A stretch of DNA of 64,000 nt from the NCBI GenBank assembly GCA_030390025.1, contig CM059431.1, positions 128,590,001 to 128,654,000 of the forward strand, written 5' to 3'. Positions 35,244 to 47,273 of the stretch are shown here, piece after piece; position 1 is the stretch's first letter, and each line of letters starts with the position of its first letter. The notes beneath the pieces were generated by a model that saw only the letters and a program-made list of their open reading frames with translations, was not told the DNA's origin and searched no databases. The DNA comes from Squalus acanthias (taxonomy: Eukaryota). The position numbers and the translations under genes were made by a program.

Positions 35244-36529
35244 AGCACTGATCCCAAAGCTGGAATTATTCCCAGAGCTGGCATTATTCCCCATAGCTGC
35301 AATTATTCCCAGAGCTGGCATTATTCCCAGAGCTGGCATTATTCCCAGAGCTGGCATTATTCCCCAGATCTGGCATTCCCAGAGCTGGCACTGATCCCAG
35401 AGCTGGCATTATTCCCCAGATCTGGCATTCCCAGAGCTGGCACTGATCCCAGAGCTGGCATTATTCCCAGAGCTGGCATTATTCCCAGAGCTGGCACTGA
35501 TCCCAGAGCTGGCACTAATCCCAGAGCTGGCATTATTCCCAGAGCTGTCACTGATCCCAGAGTTGACATTATTCCCAGAGCTGGCACTGATCCCAGAGCT
35601 GGCATTATTCCCAGAGCTGGCACTAATCCCAGAGCTGGCATTATTCCCAGAGCTGGCACTGATCCCAGAGTTGACATTATTCCCAGAGCTGGCACTGATC
35701 CCAGAGCTGGCATTATTCCCAGAGCTGGCACTGATCCCAGAGCTGGCATTATTCCCAGAGCTAGCAATATTCCCCAGAGCTGGCATTATTCCCAGTGTTG
35801 GCATTGATTCCAGAGCTGGCATTATTCCCAGAGCTGGCACTGATCCCAGAGTTGACATTATTCCCACAGCTGGCACTGATCCCAGAGCTGGCATTATTCC
35901 CAGAGCTGGCACTGATCGCAGAGCTGGCATTATTCCCAGAGCTGGCACTGATCCCAGAGCTGGCATTGATCCCTAGCTGACATTATTCCCAGAGATGGCA
36001 CTTTTTCCAGAGCTGGCATTATTCCCCAGAGCTGGAACTGATCCCGGAGCTGGCACTGATCCCAGAGCTGGCATTATTCCCAGAGCTGGCATTATTCCCA
36101 GAGCTGGCATTATTCCCAGAGATGGCACTGAATCCAGAGCTGGCATTATTCCCGGAGCTGGCATTATTCCCAGAGCTGGCATTATTTCCAGAGCTGGCAT
36201 TATTCCCCAGAGCTGGCATTATTCCCAGAGCTGGCATTATTCCCCAGAGCTGGCATTATTCCCCAGAGCTGGCATTATTCCCCAGAGCTGGCATTATTCC
36301 CAGAGCTGGCATTATTCCCCAGAGCTGGCATTATTCCCAGAGCTGGCATTATTCCCCAGAGCTGGCATTATTTCCAGAGCTGGTATTATTCCCAGAGCTG
36401 GCACTGATCCCAGAGCTGGCATTATTTCCAGAGCTGGCACTGATCCCAGAGCTGGCACTGATCCCAGAGCTGGCACTGATCCCAGAGCTGGCATTGATCC
36501 CAGAGCTGGCACTGATCCCAGAGCTGGCA
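35244..36529. repeat. 18-bp minisatellite, about 70 units
   Basis: Main units CCCAGAGCTGGCATTATT and CCCAGAGCTGGCACTGAT, with 19-bp (extra C) and point variants. Confidence 0.97.
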
Positions 36530-37902
36530 ATGTTCACTTGAATAACCACAATAATCAAACAAAAATATATATTTTTTTAAATGTGGTCCGGAATCTTTAC
36601 CTTGGAGTTGAGTCGGGTGCGTGCGTTGGGACCCCGAAGATTTGAACAGTGCATTCTGCACGATGCGTTTAACTCAATGGCACCAATTTAAAGAGTCATC
36701 CGCATTTCCTGGCCCAAATAAATGGAGTGGGTCTGATGATGTCACCGATGACTCGTTTTCAGCGCGTATATTTAAAGCAGCCTTGTACACATCTCATTTA
36801 AAGGTTGCTGTAGGAGAGTTGAAGGTGTTTTCAAAAACTCTAAATTGCTGCATAACATTGACAATTCTGTGAGTCAGGGAGCCACAAAGATGCAAGTTTC
36901 CCAGATGCCTCCCTAGAAGTGCTGGTCCATGGAGTAAGAGCACGCAGGGAGGTCCTCTTCCCTCCGATGGTAGAAAAATACCAGCAAAAGAGACAAAGAA
37001 GGCATGGCTAGTCATCGCAGAGGAGGTGAGCAGCAGGGATGTGGTGAGGCGGACGTGGATCCAGTGCCGCAAGAGATTCAGTGATCTCATGAGGTCAGGA
37101 AAGGTGAGTGCAATGTCACACTCACCTACATTCTTAGGTGTGTGTCACGCCAACCCCATCACTCTGCCTTCCCAAGCCTATTCCTGCACATGACTCCTCA
37201 CACCAACCCACTTTGCAGGTCCACCCATTTCTCTCTCTCAATGAATCTACTCACATCCCCATCTGACTAACCACCACTGACACTCACCCTCATCCTAATG
37301 TAATCATAGCAAGTAACACCACAGAAGGAGGCCATTTGGCAATTTCACGCCACTCCCTCCTAGTCACCCTCTACAGATGTAGCCCATTCATTCCTTACAC
37401 TCATTCCATCACTCTCACTCAAAGTTCTCCTCTCTCCCTCCTTGCAGGAGAAGAGAGCCCAGAACAACAGTGAGAGGGTGAGAACCGGGGGTGGCCCTCC
37501 AGCCTTCACAAATTTGACTCCAGCAGAGGAGGAGGCCCTGGAGATCTCTGGAGTTGCAGAGCTGCTGGCGGTGGAAGATGGAGAGAGGGGGACCTCCTAG
37601 CATCCTGGTGACAGAATTAAATCTCATACAGCTACATGACATACAACAATCACTCATATGGTGACTGATGTCAGCAGCCAGTAAAATGTCATCATGTGCA
37701 CAATGGTAACGTTAGCCATTCTTATCGCAACACTTCTAAAGCATCTCTTTACTCTCCCACAGACCCATCAAGTGCCCCCCTCCCCCACCCACTGTCCAGC
37801 TGATGACTCCTCAGAGGAAGTTTCAGCCTCTGAGGGTGCAGCGTCAGCAGACCCATGCGCAGCCAGCACTAGCGCAGATACACACACCTCGGTGGGTTCT
37901 GT

Positions 37903-39339
37903 GCGAGGTTCTCTTCCCTTCCAATGGGCAGAAGATACCTCCCCAGGAGACCAACACAACCTAGTTGCACATTACACAGGAGGGCACAAGCAGGGATGTC
38001 GTCAGGAGGACCAGGCTGCACTGGCGCAAACCTTTCAATGATCTCAGTCGATCACGATACATTACTGCCAAGCCACACTCAACCTCATCCTGCTGTGTCA
38101 CCCATCACATCCCCATCACTCTGCCTTCCCTACCCTAGTCCTGCACATCTTTACTCACACCAACTTAACTTGCACCTCCACCCAGCCCTCTCTATCGACA
38201 TTATCACTTCCCCATCTCTCTAGCCACCCCTCACACTCACCCTCATCCTAGTGCAAGCATACCAACTAAGAACACACAAGGCTAGGCACTTGGGTGGTTT
38301 AGCCGATGTTCATGTGAAATTTCTGGTAATGTGCTGTCAAACATTGAAATCTTTATTTTGAACACTTTACGTTCCTAGACAGATTTGTGTGCACCTTTGG
38401 AAGTGGCTTAGTGAGTTGCAGTGAATGGTGAGACATAACATCGCCCCCCCCCCCCCCCCACAATGGTGATGAGTGTGAAAGGAATGGCTTGGACATTGTA
38501 GGGATGTTTTATGGTGTTGGTGTGGGGTGGTGCCAACCTGGTGCATGATGTGGTAGCCAGGGTGTTCAGTGTTAAATGAAGCAAATCTGGCCGTGGTGAG
38601 GCAATCCCTGGTGTCCCGGGCAGCAATGTTCACGGGTGATGATGCCATGTTATCCTGTGCAGCATTAGTTGGTTGCGGAGAAGGTTGGTGTGGATGTTGG
38701 TGCTGCTGGTGTGCCCGCTGATGCTGGTGTTGGGGCTGATCGTGTTGGGATTCTGAGGACCAAAGTGAGATTTTGACAAGGGCACCGATGCTGATGGAAT
38801 GGATGGCAGGTGAAGTTGAGATGACAGAAGTGATCTGTCAATGTTGTGATAGGTTGTTCCAAGGAGGTGACAATGGGTAGAGAGATTACTCCAAACACTT
38901 CAAAAGTGCATAAAGCTCAAGAGTGGGTTCCAAATCATTAATGCTCCAGCTTCTGAGATTGGAAAGTGACCAGCTGTAAAATGGTAGCTTTTAGACCACT
39001 TTTGCAGCTGTCACCTATTGAAAGAAATGGAGAGTTGTTCGAACCCGACACACTTACCTGGCGTGATCCCCGAGTGACGGGAACCTCGTGGAAAACTTGG
39101 GAAAATGCTTTGTACCTGGGAAAATGATGATTAAATTGCTTTAAACACCCTCTTAACGAGCACAATTGCTTGACCTACCGCTTAGTGCCGGGTCTGCAAG
39201 GCGCAGGCAGAGCCGGCACTAGGGAAACTCACAAGGAGGCGGGTTTAGAGCGGGATACCGTCCCGCTGTCAATCCTTTTGATTTTGACAGCGGACCCGCC
39301 TCTGAACCCGCCCTCTGAGCGCCGGCAAAATTCAGCCCC
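37903..39339 (+). mobile_element. Nested Harbinger fragment (left end lost) inside Myb exon 3
   Basis: EVLFPSNGQKIPPQET..VVRRTRLHWRKPFNDLSRS at ~37903-38050; right TIR AAAATTCAGCCCC. Host exon 3 resumes at 39340 and aligns with ~10889 onward. Confidence 0.7.
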
Positions 39340-40420
39340 TGGTGTCTCACACTTCACAAGTGAGCAAGAGCAGAGGGCGTTGACAGGGACAGCAGTAGAG
39401 ACTCCTCGCCGGAGGGCGAAGGACGCTCCAAGCTCTGCTGAGCTGCGTGCAGATGTTGAACCTTGGGGACCATCGAAAAAGAGGGTGATCTTGGAGAGGC
39501 AGCAACAATTGCATGAGGCTCTGGCAGCTTTTCCATCCACGATGTGTGCAAATGTACAGAGAACGGAGGAGTCCATCTCCAACATGAGCACCACCATCTC
39601 GCAAGCGAGGGCGACAATGTGCTGTTCCAAGGATGGCCACCTCCATGCAGCAGCAAAGGCGCCAGTCCAATGAGAACATGCATGCTGTGAACAACAGATT
39701 GCAGATGCTCGTTGACCTCATCTCTAGGAAGGATATTAACCGAGACTTGGGTGTTCATCGCCCCACTGATGTGCAGCAGGATGCTCTCCACCTCCTTGTT
39801 AGCAGGGAAGTGCGGGTGGCCCATGAGAGGAATGATGGTGAGAGGGGACATGAAAGTGGGGGCTCTTCTCAAAGTGCTCCCACTTTCCCCCATTGCCTCC
39901 CCCTCAGTCAGAGCCCCAGATGTTCCTCAGATCTCAATGGCCGAGTCTGCCCCTGCACAGTCGCAGGAGGAGCAGACTTTGGCGGGGCCCTCACAGGCTC
40001 CAAAACCCAGAGGACATCCGCCAAGAGTGTCTAAGCAGTCGCAGTAGGGAAGTGAGCAGCCTGCCTCTACCTCTGCTGAAGCCACAGGCGTTGCACCTTA
40101 TAGAAGCACTCAGAAAAGACAAAAGACACAATCTTAGATGCACAAAGGTATGGAAATAGATATATGAACAAATGTTAGTGATAAGTTTCAGTTATGTTTA
40201 TGACGCACATAAATTTATTTCTTTGCACAACTTTCCCGTCCTGTCCATTTTTGCCTGGTCCTTGGGAAGTGTCTTTGTCACTTGAAGTAAGTGGTGAGAC
40301 ATGACTTAACCTCGAGGAATGGAGGTTTGGGTGACGGGATTGGTTTGGTCATTGTAGGACAGCTTTGTGGTGTGGTTGGGGGTGGTAAATTGGAACAGCA
40401 TTTGGGTGCACTGGTGCAAG

Positions 40421-41645
40421 TTAAGTAAATCTGGCCATTATGAGGCTATCCTGGGCCACCCGGGCAGCAATTTGCGCCGCAGCTGGTGCCATCTCCACCT
40501 CCTCTCATGTTCCACCTGTTCCTCCTCCTCCTCCTCCTCGGAAGAGGCTGTGTGCTCTGTGCCTTGCTTCTCCTGCAGCTCCAATCCACTCTGCTGCGCC
40601 ACGTTGCGCAGTGTGCAGCAAACGATGATGATTCTGGAGACTTTGGCTGGTGCGCACTGTAGGGCTCCTCCAAATCTATCAAGATATCTGAAGCACATCT
40701 TCAGCATGCTGATTGCTTGCTCTATGACACATCTGGTGGACATGTGGCTGACATTATCGCGCTCCTTGGCCTCATTACTTGGCCTCCTCAATGGTATCAT
40801 CAGCCACATCTTCGGTGGATAGCCCTTGTCTCCAAGCAGCCAGCTGGTAAGTCTGTTTGGAGGTGTGAAGAGCTGAGAGAGGGTGGACTGGCGCAGCACA
40901 GAAGAGTCATGACAGCTGCCAGGGGATCTGGCGCACACATGCACGATAATCTTTTTATGGTTGCAGATGAGCTGCACATTGAGGGAGTGGAAGCCCTTGC
41001 ACTCCTGGGTGATCTGGGGGTGTCTTGATGACCGCATGTGTGCAGTTCATGATGCTCTGCACCTGTGGAAAGCCAGCCAGAGCCGCAAAGCCGAGCACCC
41101 GCTCAGTAACACTGGCTTCATCAGTGGCAAAGTTCACATAATTGGCTGGCTTGTGAAACATGGCATCGGTCACCTAGGTGCTGCATCTGTGGCCGACTAT
41201 GAGATTGCACAAATGTCTGCTGCAGATCCCTGGACAGAGCCTGAGGTGAAGAAGTTGAGGGCAGTGGTGACTTTGACAGCCACTGGTAAGGCATGTCCAC
41301 CAGGTCCTCTGGGCAGGAGGTCTTGTTCCAGCAAGCTACAAATGTCTGCACGACCTGGCATGATACCCTGAGCCTCCTTTGGCACTGCTGTCCAGTCGTG
41401 TCCAGGAAGCTCATCCTCTGCCTGAATACCCTGTGTTGGGGGTATCGCCTCCGGTGTGGTGCAGCCCTGTGCTGACCTCCTCTCTCCTGTGGAGCATCAG
41501 GTCGTTGAGGAGAAGGCTGCTGGTGTGGTTGCTGCTGCTGCTGGTGTTGTTGCTGCTGCTGCTGGTGTTGCTGGTGTTGTTGGTGCTGGGGCTCATCTTG
41601 GTCCAATTCTGAGGTCCAAGTTGAGACAGCATAAGTGGCACCCAT
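40421..41645 (-). pseudogene. Harbinger (HARBI1-like DDE) transposase, nearly full length, frameshifted
   Basis: Poly-Q N-terminus, [65 protein letters not shown], acidic tail, DSLIMARFT*. Confidence 0.9.
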
Positions 41646-41660
41646 GCTGATCTAATAGAT

Positions 41661-42642
41661 CTCATGATGTGGACGAACACGGGACACAACCAACAGAGTA
41701 CCCTACATCGTCCAGTACTTCCCCGGAGCGGAAAAACTACGCCATGTTCTTCGCAGCCTTCAACATGTCATCGATGACGACGAACACCTTGCTAAGGCCA
41801 TCCCCACGCCTCCACTACTCGCCTTCAAGCAGCCGCCTAACCTCAAAAGTACCATCGTTCGCAGCAGATTACCCATCTTTCAGGAGAACAGCAACCAAGA
41901 CACCACACAACCCTGCCATGGCAACCTCTGCAAGACATGCCAAATCATGGACACAGATACCATCATTACACGTGAGGACACTACCCACCAGGTACACGGT
42001 ACATACTCATGTGACTCGGCCAACGTTGTCTACCTGATACGTTGCAGTAAAGGATGCTCCAGAGCATGGTACATCGGCGAGACCATGCAGACACTGAGAC
42101 AACGTATGAACGGACACCGCGCAACAATCGCCAGGCAGGAGGGTTGCCTCCCAGTCGGGGAACACTTCAGCAGCCAGGGGCATTCAGCCTCGGATCTGCG
42201 GGTAAGCGTTCTCCAAGGCGGCCTTCGAGATACACGACAGCGCAAAATCATAGAGCAGAAACTGATAGCCAAGTTCCGCACTCATGAGGATGGCCTCAAT
42301 CGCGATATCGGGTTCATGTCACGATACAGAACGTGACTTGACATCATGGCCGGTCTTCCCAGGTGTTTTTTTTAAAAAGACTAACACAAGAACACAAATT
42401 GACAGGATATGCAGCCAGCAGGTGGTTTGACACGTTGGACCCCCTGGGACACATCTCATTGTCTTGGCTGTGCTCTTTGTTGTAGGGAAAAATGTGAATA
42501 GATTTTGTCTGGGTTTAAATTGTGAATTCTGGGAGATTCTCTCACTGCTAACTTACCTGACGAAGGAGCGAACTGCTTCGAAAGCTTGTAAAATTAAATA
42601 AATCTGTTGGACTATAACCTGGTGTTGTGCGACTTCTCATTT
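41661..42642 (+). mobile_element. 5'-truncated Penelope-like retroelement (GIY-YIG endonuclease plus 3' pLTR)
   Basis: NVVYLIRCSKGCSRAWYIGETMQTLRQRMNGHR..EQKLI..GLNRD, with upstream CxxxxCxxC. 13-bp TSD TGATCTAATAGAT at 41648-41660 and 42643-42655. Confidence 0.92.
42553..42591 (+). ncRNA. Minimal type I hammerhead ribozyme motif
   Basis: TTAC-CTGACGA-A-GGAGC-gaact-GCTTC-GAAA-GC-TT-GTAA; lies in the Penelope pLTR. Confidence 0.7.
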
Positions 42643-44084
42643 TGATCTAATAGATGGCAGGTAAAGTGGAGATCAGAGGGCTAATCCTTCAATGTTCTGA
42701 TAGTGACTAGCAATGTGGTTAGAGTGGCTTCCGAGGTTGCAGAAATGGCCTGCAAATTCCTGACAGCTAAATCTCTGCACAAAATGGAGTCAGCAAAAGC
42801 CTTTCCATTAGGCAAGGAAGCAGGTGTAAGGTGTGAGTATTTATGTGTTTTTTCCAGCTTTCACTTAATGGACTCGCACAATGGCCACTGAGCTTCCGCC
42901 TCCCCTTCACAGGTGAGGTTCCCGAGGTGTGTGAATCCCATGCTCAAGAAGCTAAAGCCAAAACCTGATGTTAAAAAGGCAGTTAAGGGTCTCTCAACAA
43001 GCAGTCAATGAGGTTGCCTGCCTCCCCTGAGCGGGACCATGGCACGCTGGGAAACGCGCCTGAGTTAAATGCGGAAGCCAGTGGGATGACAGCGGGTTCC
43101 CGACGTGCTGGCAATTTCTACTAATTTAACTGCTGGCCCACCCCCAAACCCGCACGCTCGGCACTGGGAAAATCCCGGCCATGGTGCTTCACTGGAATAT
43201 TTTTGATGCGGTCCAACTTTTCGTTATAAAGTGATATGACATGAGCTCACACTCATATTCCTCATAAAATTGTAAGTTACTAACCTTGGCTGAGAGGGCT
43301 ATAATGTCTCTCTTAGCATGTTGATTTCAAAGTAACATATTAACAGAGGTTAGAGGTTTTTGGAATTTGCATCCTCTACTCCTCTTTGCTTCGCCTTTCA
43401 TTGTAACCCATTCTTGAACCAGGCGAGATATTTCAAATCACTTTCGTGCAATCTCCAAAGACCTGTGAGCTGGACACCTGTTTTGACAGGCGACAATGGA
43501 CACCTAAAAAGAACCTAAATGTAAATGAAAACAAAAATCAAAGTAAAAGGTTCTGCTCTTCCAGGCCCGTCTAGCCGACTGCTCAGCACAGCTGTTCCCA
43601 TCAAAAATTCCATGCTTGGCACTCATTAATTATCCCATGCAAGCTCTCTCCTGCACATGGGGAGCTGGCACACTAACAAGCACTGCGAGCTGGGGTTTCC
43701 TGTGGCGCTGCAGAGGCATAAATGGCAGCAGCAGTGAAGTTTTAAGTGCTTTTTCTTCTTCCCCACCATACCTCCTCACCCCAACCCCACCACCGACAGT
43801 GATAATACAATCTTTAGAAGTATAAAGGCCACAATGCCTGAGAAAGGAAACATGTGGGATTTTTTATATAGAAATGCAAGTTCAATAGGTGCTAGATTTA
43901 AAGCTGTTATTTTGTTCCTGGATTGCAATATTAACAAGTGATTGATGCAACACAGAAAAATGGATAGTCACCGTGACTCTCTGGGATATATCTTCATGAT
44001 GCGGAGATGCCGGTGTTGGACTGGGGTGGACAAAATTGAAAGGTCGCACAACACCAGGTTATAGTCCAACAGTTTTATTTTAAA

Positions 44085-44122
44085 TCACAAGCTTTCGGAG
44101 TTACAACTCCTTCGTCAGGTGA
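44085..44122 (-). ncRNA. Minimal type I hammerhead ribozyme motif
   Basis: Reverse complement: TCAC-CTGACGA-A-GGAGT-tgta-ACTCC-GAAA-GC-TT-GTGA. Confidence 0.72.
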
Positions 44123-45512
44123 AGTGAGGAGATACAGAATCGTCAAAGCATATATAGATAGAGAACAATGCATGTGTAACTTACAATTGCAGACAACTGA
44201 ATTCAATCATCCTGACTGTTTATCTGCCGAGGTGTGATAAAGTTAATCAGGTCAGCCAGGAAGGTACCACATCAAAGACATAGCAAGATACAACTGAGAC
44301 AATGAGGTGGAATCGCATGGGGTCTAACGTGTCAAAAGCTGCCGTCTGTATGTAAAACGATTAACTTTAAAATTTTTACTTTTTTACTGGGAATCACATC
44401 TGTGAACAAGCCAACGATGACTTGAGTCCGGATCACGTCATGTATCGTGACATAAACCCAAGATCCCGATTGAGACCGTCTTCATGAGTGCGGAACTTGG
44501 CTATCAGTTTCTGCTCGATGATTTTGCGTTGTCGTGTTTTCCTAAGGCCGCCTTGGAGTTTGCCGTGGTAGGGTTGTGTGGTGTCGTGGTTGAGCGGAGA
44601 AACTACGCCATGTTCTTCGCAGCCTTCAACATGTCATCGATGACGACAAACACCTCGCTAAGGCCATCCCCACGCCTCCACTACTTGCCTTCAAACAGCC
44701 GCCTAACCTCAGAAGTACCATCGTTCGCAGCAAATTACCCAGCTTTCAGGATAACAGCGACCACGACACCACACAACCCTGCCACGGCAAACTCTGCAAG
44801 ACATGCCAGATCATCAACACAGATACCATCATCACACGTGAGGACACTACCCACCAGGTACATGGTACATACTCATGTGACTCGGCCAACGTTGTCTACC
44901 TCATACGTTGCAGGAAAGAATGCACCGCGGCATGGTACATCGGCGAGACCATGCAGACACTGAGACAACGTATGAACGAGCACCGCGCAACAATCGCCAG
45001 GCAGGATTGTTACCTCCCAGTCGGGGAACACTTCAGCAGTCAAGGACATTCAGCCTCGGATCTGCGGGTAAGCGTTCTCCAAGGCGGCCTTAGGAAAACA
45101 CGACAACGCAAAATCATCGAGCAGAAACTGATAGCCAAGTTCCGCACTCATGAAGACGGTCTCAATCGGGATCTTGGGTTTATGTCACGATACATGACGT
45201 GATCCAGACTCGAGTTGTCGTTGGCTTGTTCACAGATGTGATTCCCAGTAAAAAAGTAAAAATTTTAAAGTTAATCATTTTACATACAGACGGCAGCTTT
45301 TGACACGTTAGACCCCATGCGATTCCACCTCATTGTCTCAGTTGTATCTTGCTATGTCTTTGATGTGGTACCTTCCTGGCTGACCTGATTAACTTTATCA
45401 CACCTTGGCAGATAAACAGTCAGGATGATTGAATTCAGTTATCTGCAATTGTAAGGTACACATGCTTTGTTCTCTATCTATATATGCTTTGGCGATTCTG
45501 TATCTATTTACT

Positions 45513-45554
45513 TCACCTGAGGAAGGGGCAATCGATAGCTCCGAAAGCTTGTGA
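45513..45554 (+). ncRNA. Minimal type I hammerhead ribozyme motif
   Basis: TCAC-CTGAGGA-A-GGGGC-aatcgata-GCTCC-GAAA-GC-TT-GTGA. Confidence 0.7.
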
Positions 45555-45951
45555 TTTCAAATAAAACTGTTGGACTATAACCTGGTGTTGTGCGACCTCT
45601 CAATATATCTTCATCACAGGGGAGAGATTAATAGCAAAAATGATTGCTCCTATCAACAACTACTGCCTGAGGAACAAGTGACTGGGGGGAATAATCTGCA
45701 CTGTTGCATAAAAATTTGCAAACAAGGAAAGTGAGAGCAACTTTATCTACATGAAGAAGTGATAATTCCCAAGGCTGTGAACATGTGAACGAAGGCCCCT
45801 TGCATTGTAATAATGCTGGGTGGTCAGCATCTTTTATTTAGTTGCTTGCATTATTTATAAAAAAAAAATCCTGTTAAGATCTGAAAAGCAACCTCAGGAG
45901 GTTGTGTAAGATGCATACACATTAAATCCCGTAAAATATATGAGAAATATT

Positions 45952-47270
45952 GGTCTGGATTTTCCTCCAGGCAGGATTGTGGCAGAAATGGTGAGAAATG
46001 AAATAGTGAGGTCCACCTCTGCCTCCCCTGTCCAACCTCGATTTCTTTCCCCCTCGCCCTCCCTCCTCGGACCGTGGCTGGCTGCCCTTTTCCCATTTGC
46101 TCCATGTAAATGCCAGCGTGGGTGGCAAGCCCTCTGTTCTTGTTCCATTTCCCTCCCAACCAGCCCAGTTGCCTGCTGTCTCTCAAGGCAACATGCTTAT
46201 TTAATGTTTTGCATGATGACCTACATAAAATATATTGAATAAAGAAACACTTTGAAATTAAAATCAATGAATAATCTGCATTCAACACCTGTCTCATATG
46301 AACTGATAGAAGTCCTATTATTCCTCACCAGTGAAGTGTTCTTGAATGTACATATCCATATTTGCAGATGATGTACTTGAAGTACTGATGAATGAAGTGA
46401 GGCAAGGTATGGTTGTCCTCATTGTCACTCAAGGGAACCCTCCCCAGAAAAGAGTCATCCTAAACACCTGGCAGGACATAGCTGACATGGTGATTGCTCT
46501 CTGCAACACCCAAAGGACCTGGATGAAAATCTGGAAGATGGAAGACCTGAGGAAAGGTGACAAGGTAATGCTACCCAGCAAATTTGTGCAGCAAGTATCT
46601 ACCCCAAATGTGCATATCAGAAAGTATGTCCTCAGAACAATCCCTGTGACTGATTGGATAGGCCCGAAGCACATGTGATACTAGGGCTCAGGTCTCATTA
46701 TCATGGAGTCAATGAGGCAGCTCAGCAGAGAAGAAGACTCAAAGATTGAGCCGCTGGGACCCCAGCACCAGCTCTCATGTAACTCTTTAGAAGGGGAGCA
46801 ATCGGGAAGGAGGGTAGCGATGAATAGAATCAGGAGGGGTGGGTTGTGGTTGGCGTCAATCGGGGAGGGCTGGGTTCGGGAGGGTAATGGCTGGGATTGG
46901 GGTAGGTGTGTTTAGAGTTTGTGATCGGTGAGTGTAGAGATCTCATTCTGGGTTGGGTGGGGTGGGGGGAGGGGTGTTGCTTAGGCGATCAGGGTGGGGA
47001 AGGAATGGTGACCGCAACTGGTTTTAATGTGGGGTCGGGAGGAGCCTTCCTGCTCCTCCCGGCTTCACATTCAGATAAGTATAATTTAAAAACTTACCTT
47101 GTTGGTTGCAGTCTGCAGCGGTCCCTTTACGGCCTGTTAAGCCTCTTGTAGACCTAGTTTTCCTGAACACAGCTGGCTCGTTTCAGGTGTGGACACTGGA
47201 CATCTATTATTTTGCCGACACCAAATTGACGAGCAGCACACTATAGGCTACACAGTCAAATTTCTAGGCC
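45952..47270 (+). mobile_element. Old Harbinger-derived segment containing a Myb/SANT exon relic (46361-46564)
   Basis: TIR-like GGTCTGGATTTTCC at 45952 and AAATTTCTAGGCC at 47270 (pairing of these ends uncertain). FADDVLEVLMNEVRQ..TWQDIADMV..RTWMKIWKMEDLRKGDK|gtaatg. Confidence 0.55.
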
Positions 47271-47273
47271 AAT

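Larger units (their letters stand above)
36586..43180 (+). mobile_element. Most complete Harbinger in the window: Myb gene (+) and transposase (-) convergent, with a nested Harbinger fragment and a Penelope element
   Basis: Termini GTCCGGAATCTTT / GGCCGGGATTTT (rc), flanks GTG and ATG. Myb exons ~36890-37103, 37448-37607, 37763-~37902 plus 39340-~40137. Confidence 0.8.
43998..45602 (+). mobile_element. Penelope-like element with an inverted 5' pLTR
   Basis: GIY-YIG remnant ending at 45202; ~520-bp inverted repeat 44041-44558 / 45077-45598; 12-bp TSD ATATATCTTCAT at 43986-43997 and 45603-45614. Confidence 0.93.

Noticed and set aside
35357..36661. Many repetitive ORFs (PELALF, MPALGS, NASSGI) and a CRISPR-like look
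   Set aside because: They come from an 18-bp tandem repeat with frame-breaking 19-bp units. There are no unique spacers, no cas genes, and the context is eukaryotic.
40421..41645. Domesticated host HARBI1 gene
   Set aside because: Frameshifts, N in place of the first catalytic D (IMNCTH), TIR-bounded context and several sibling copies indicate a transposon relic.
43285..43514. Minus-strand exon-like segment with plausible splice sites
   Set aside because: All three frames contain stops and no homology was recognised; a non-coding exon cannot be supported from sequence alone.
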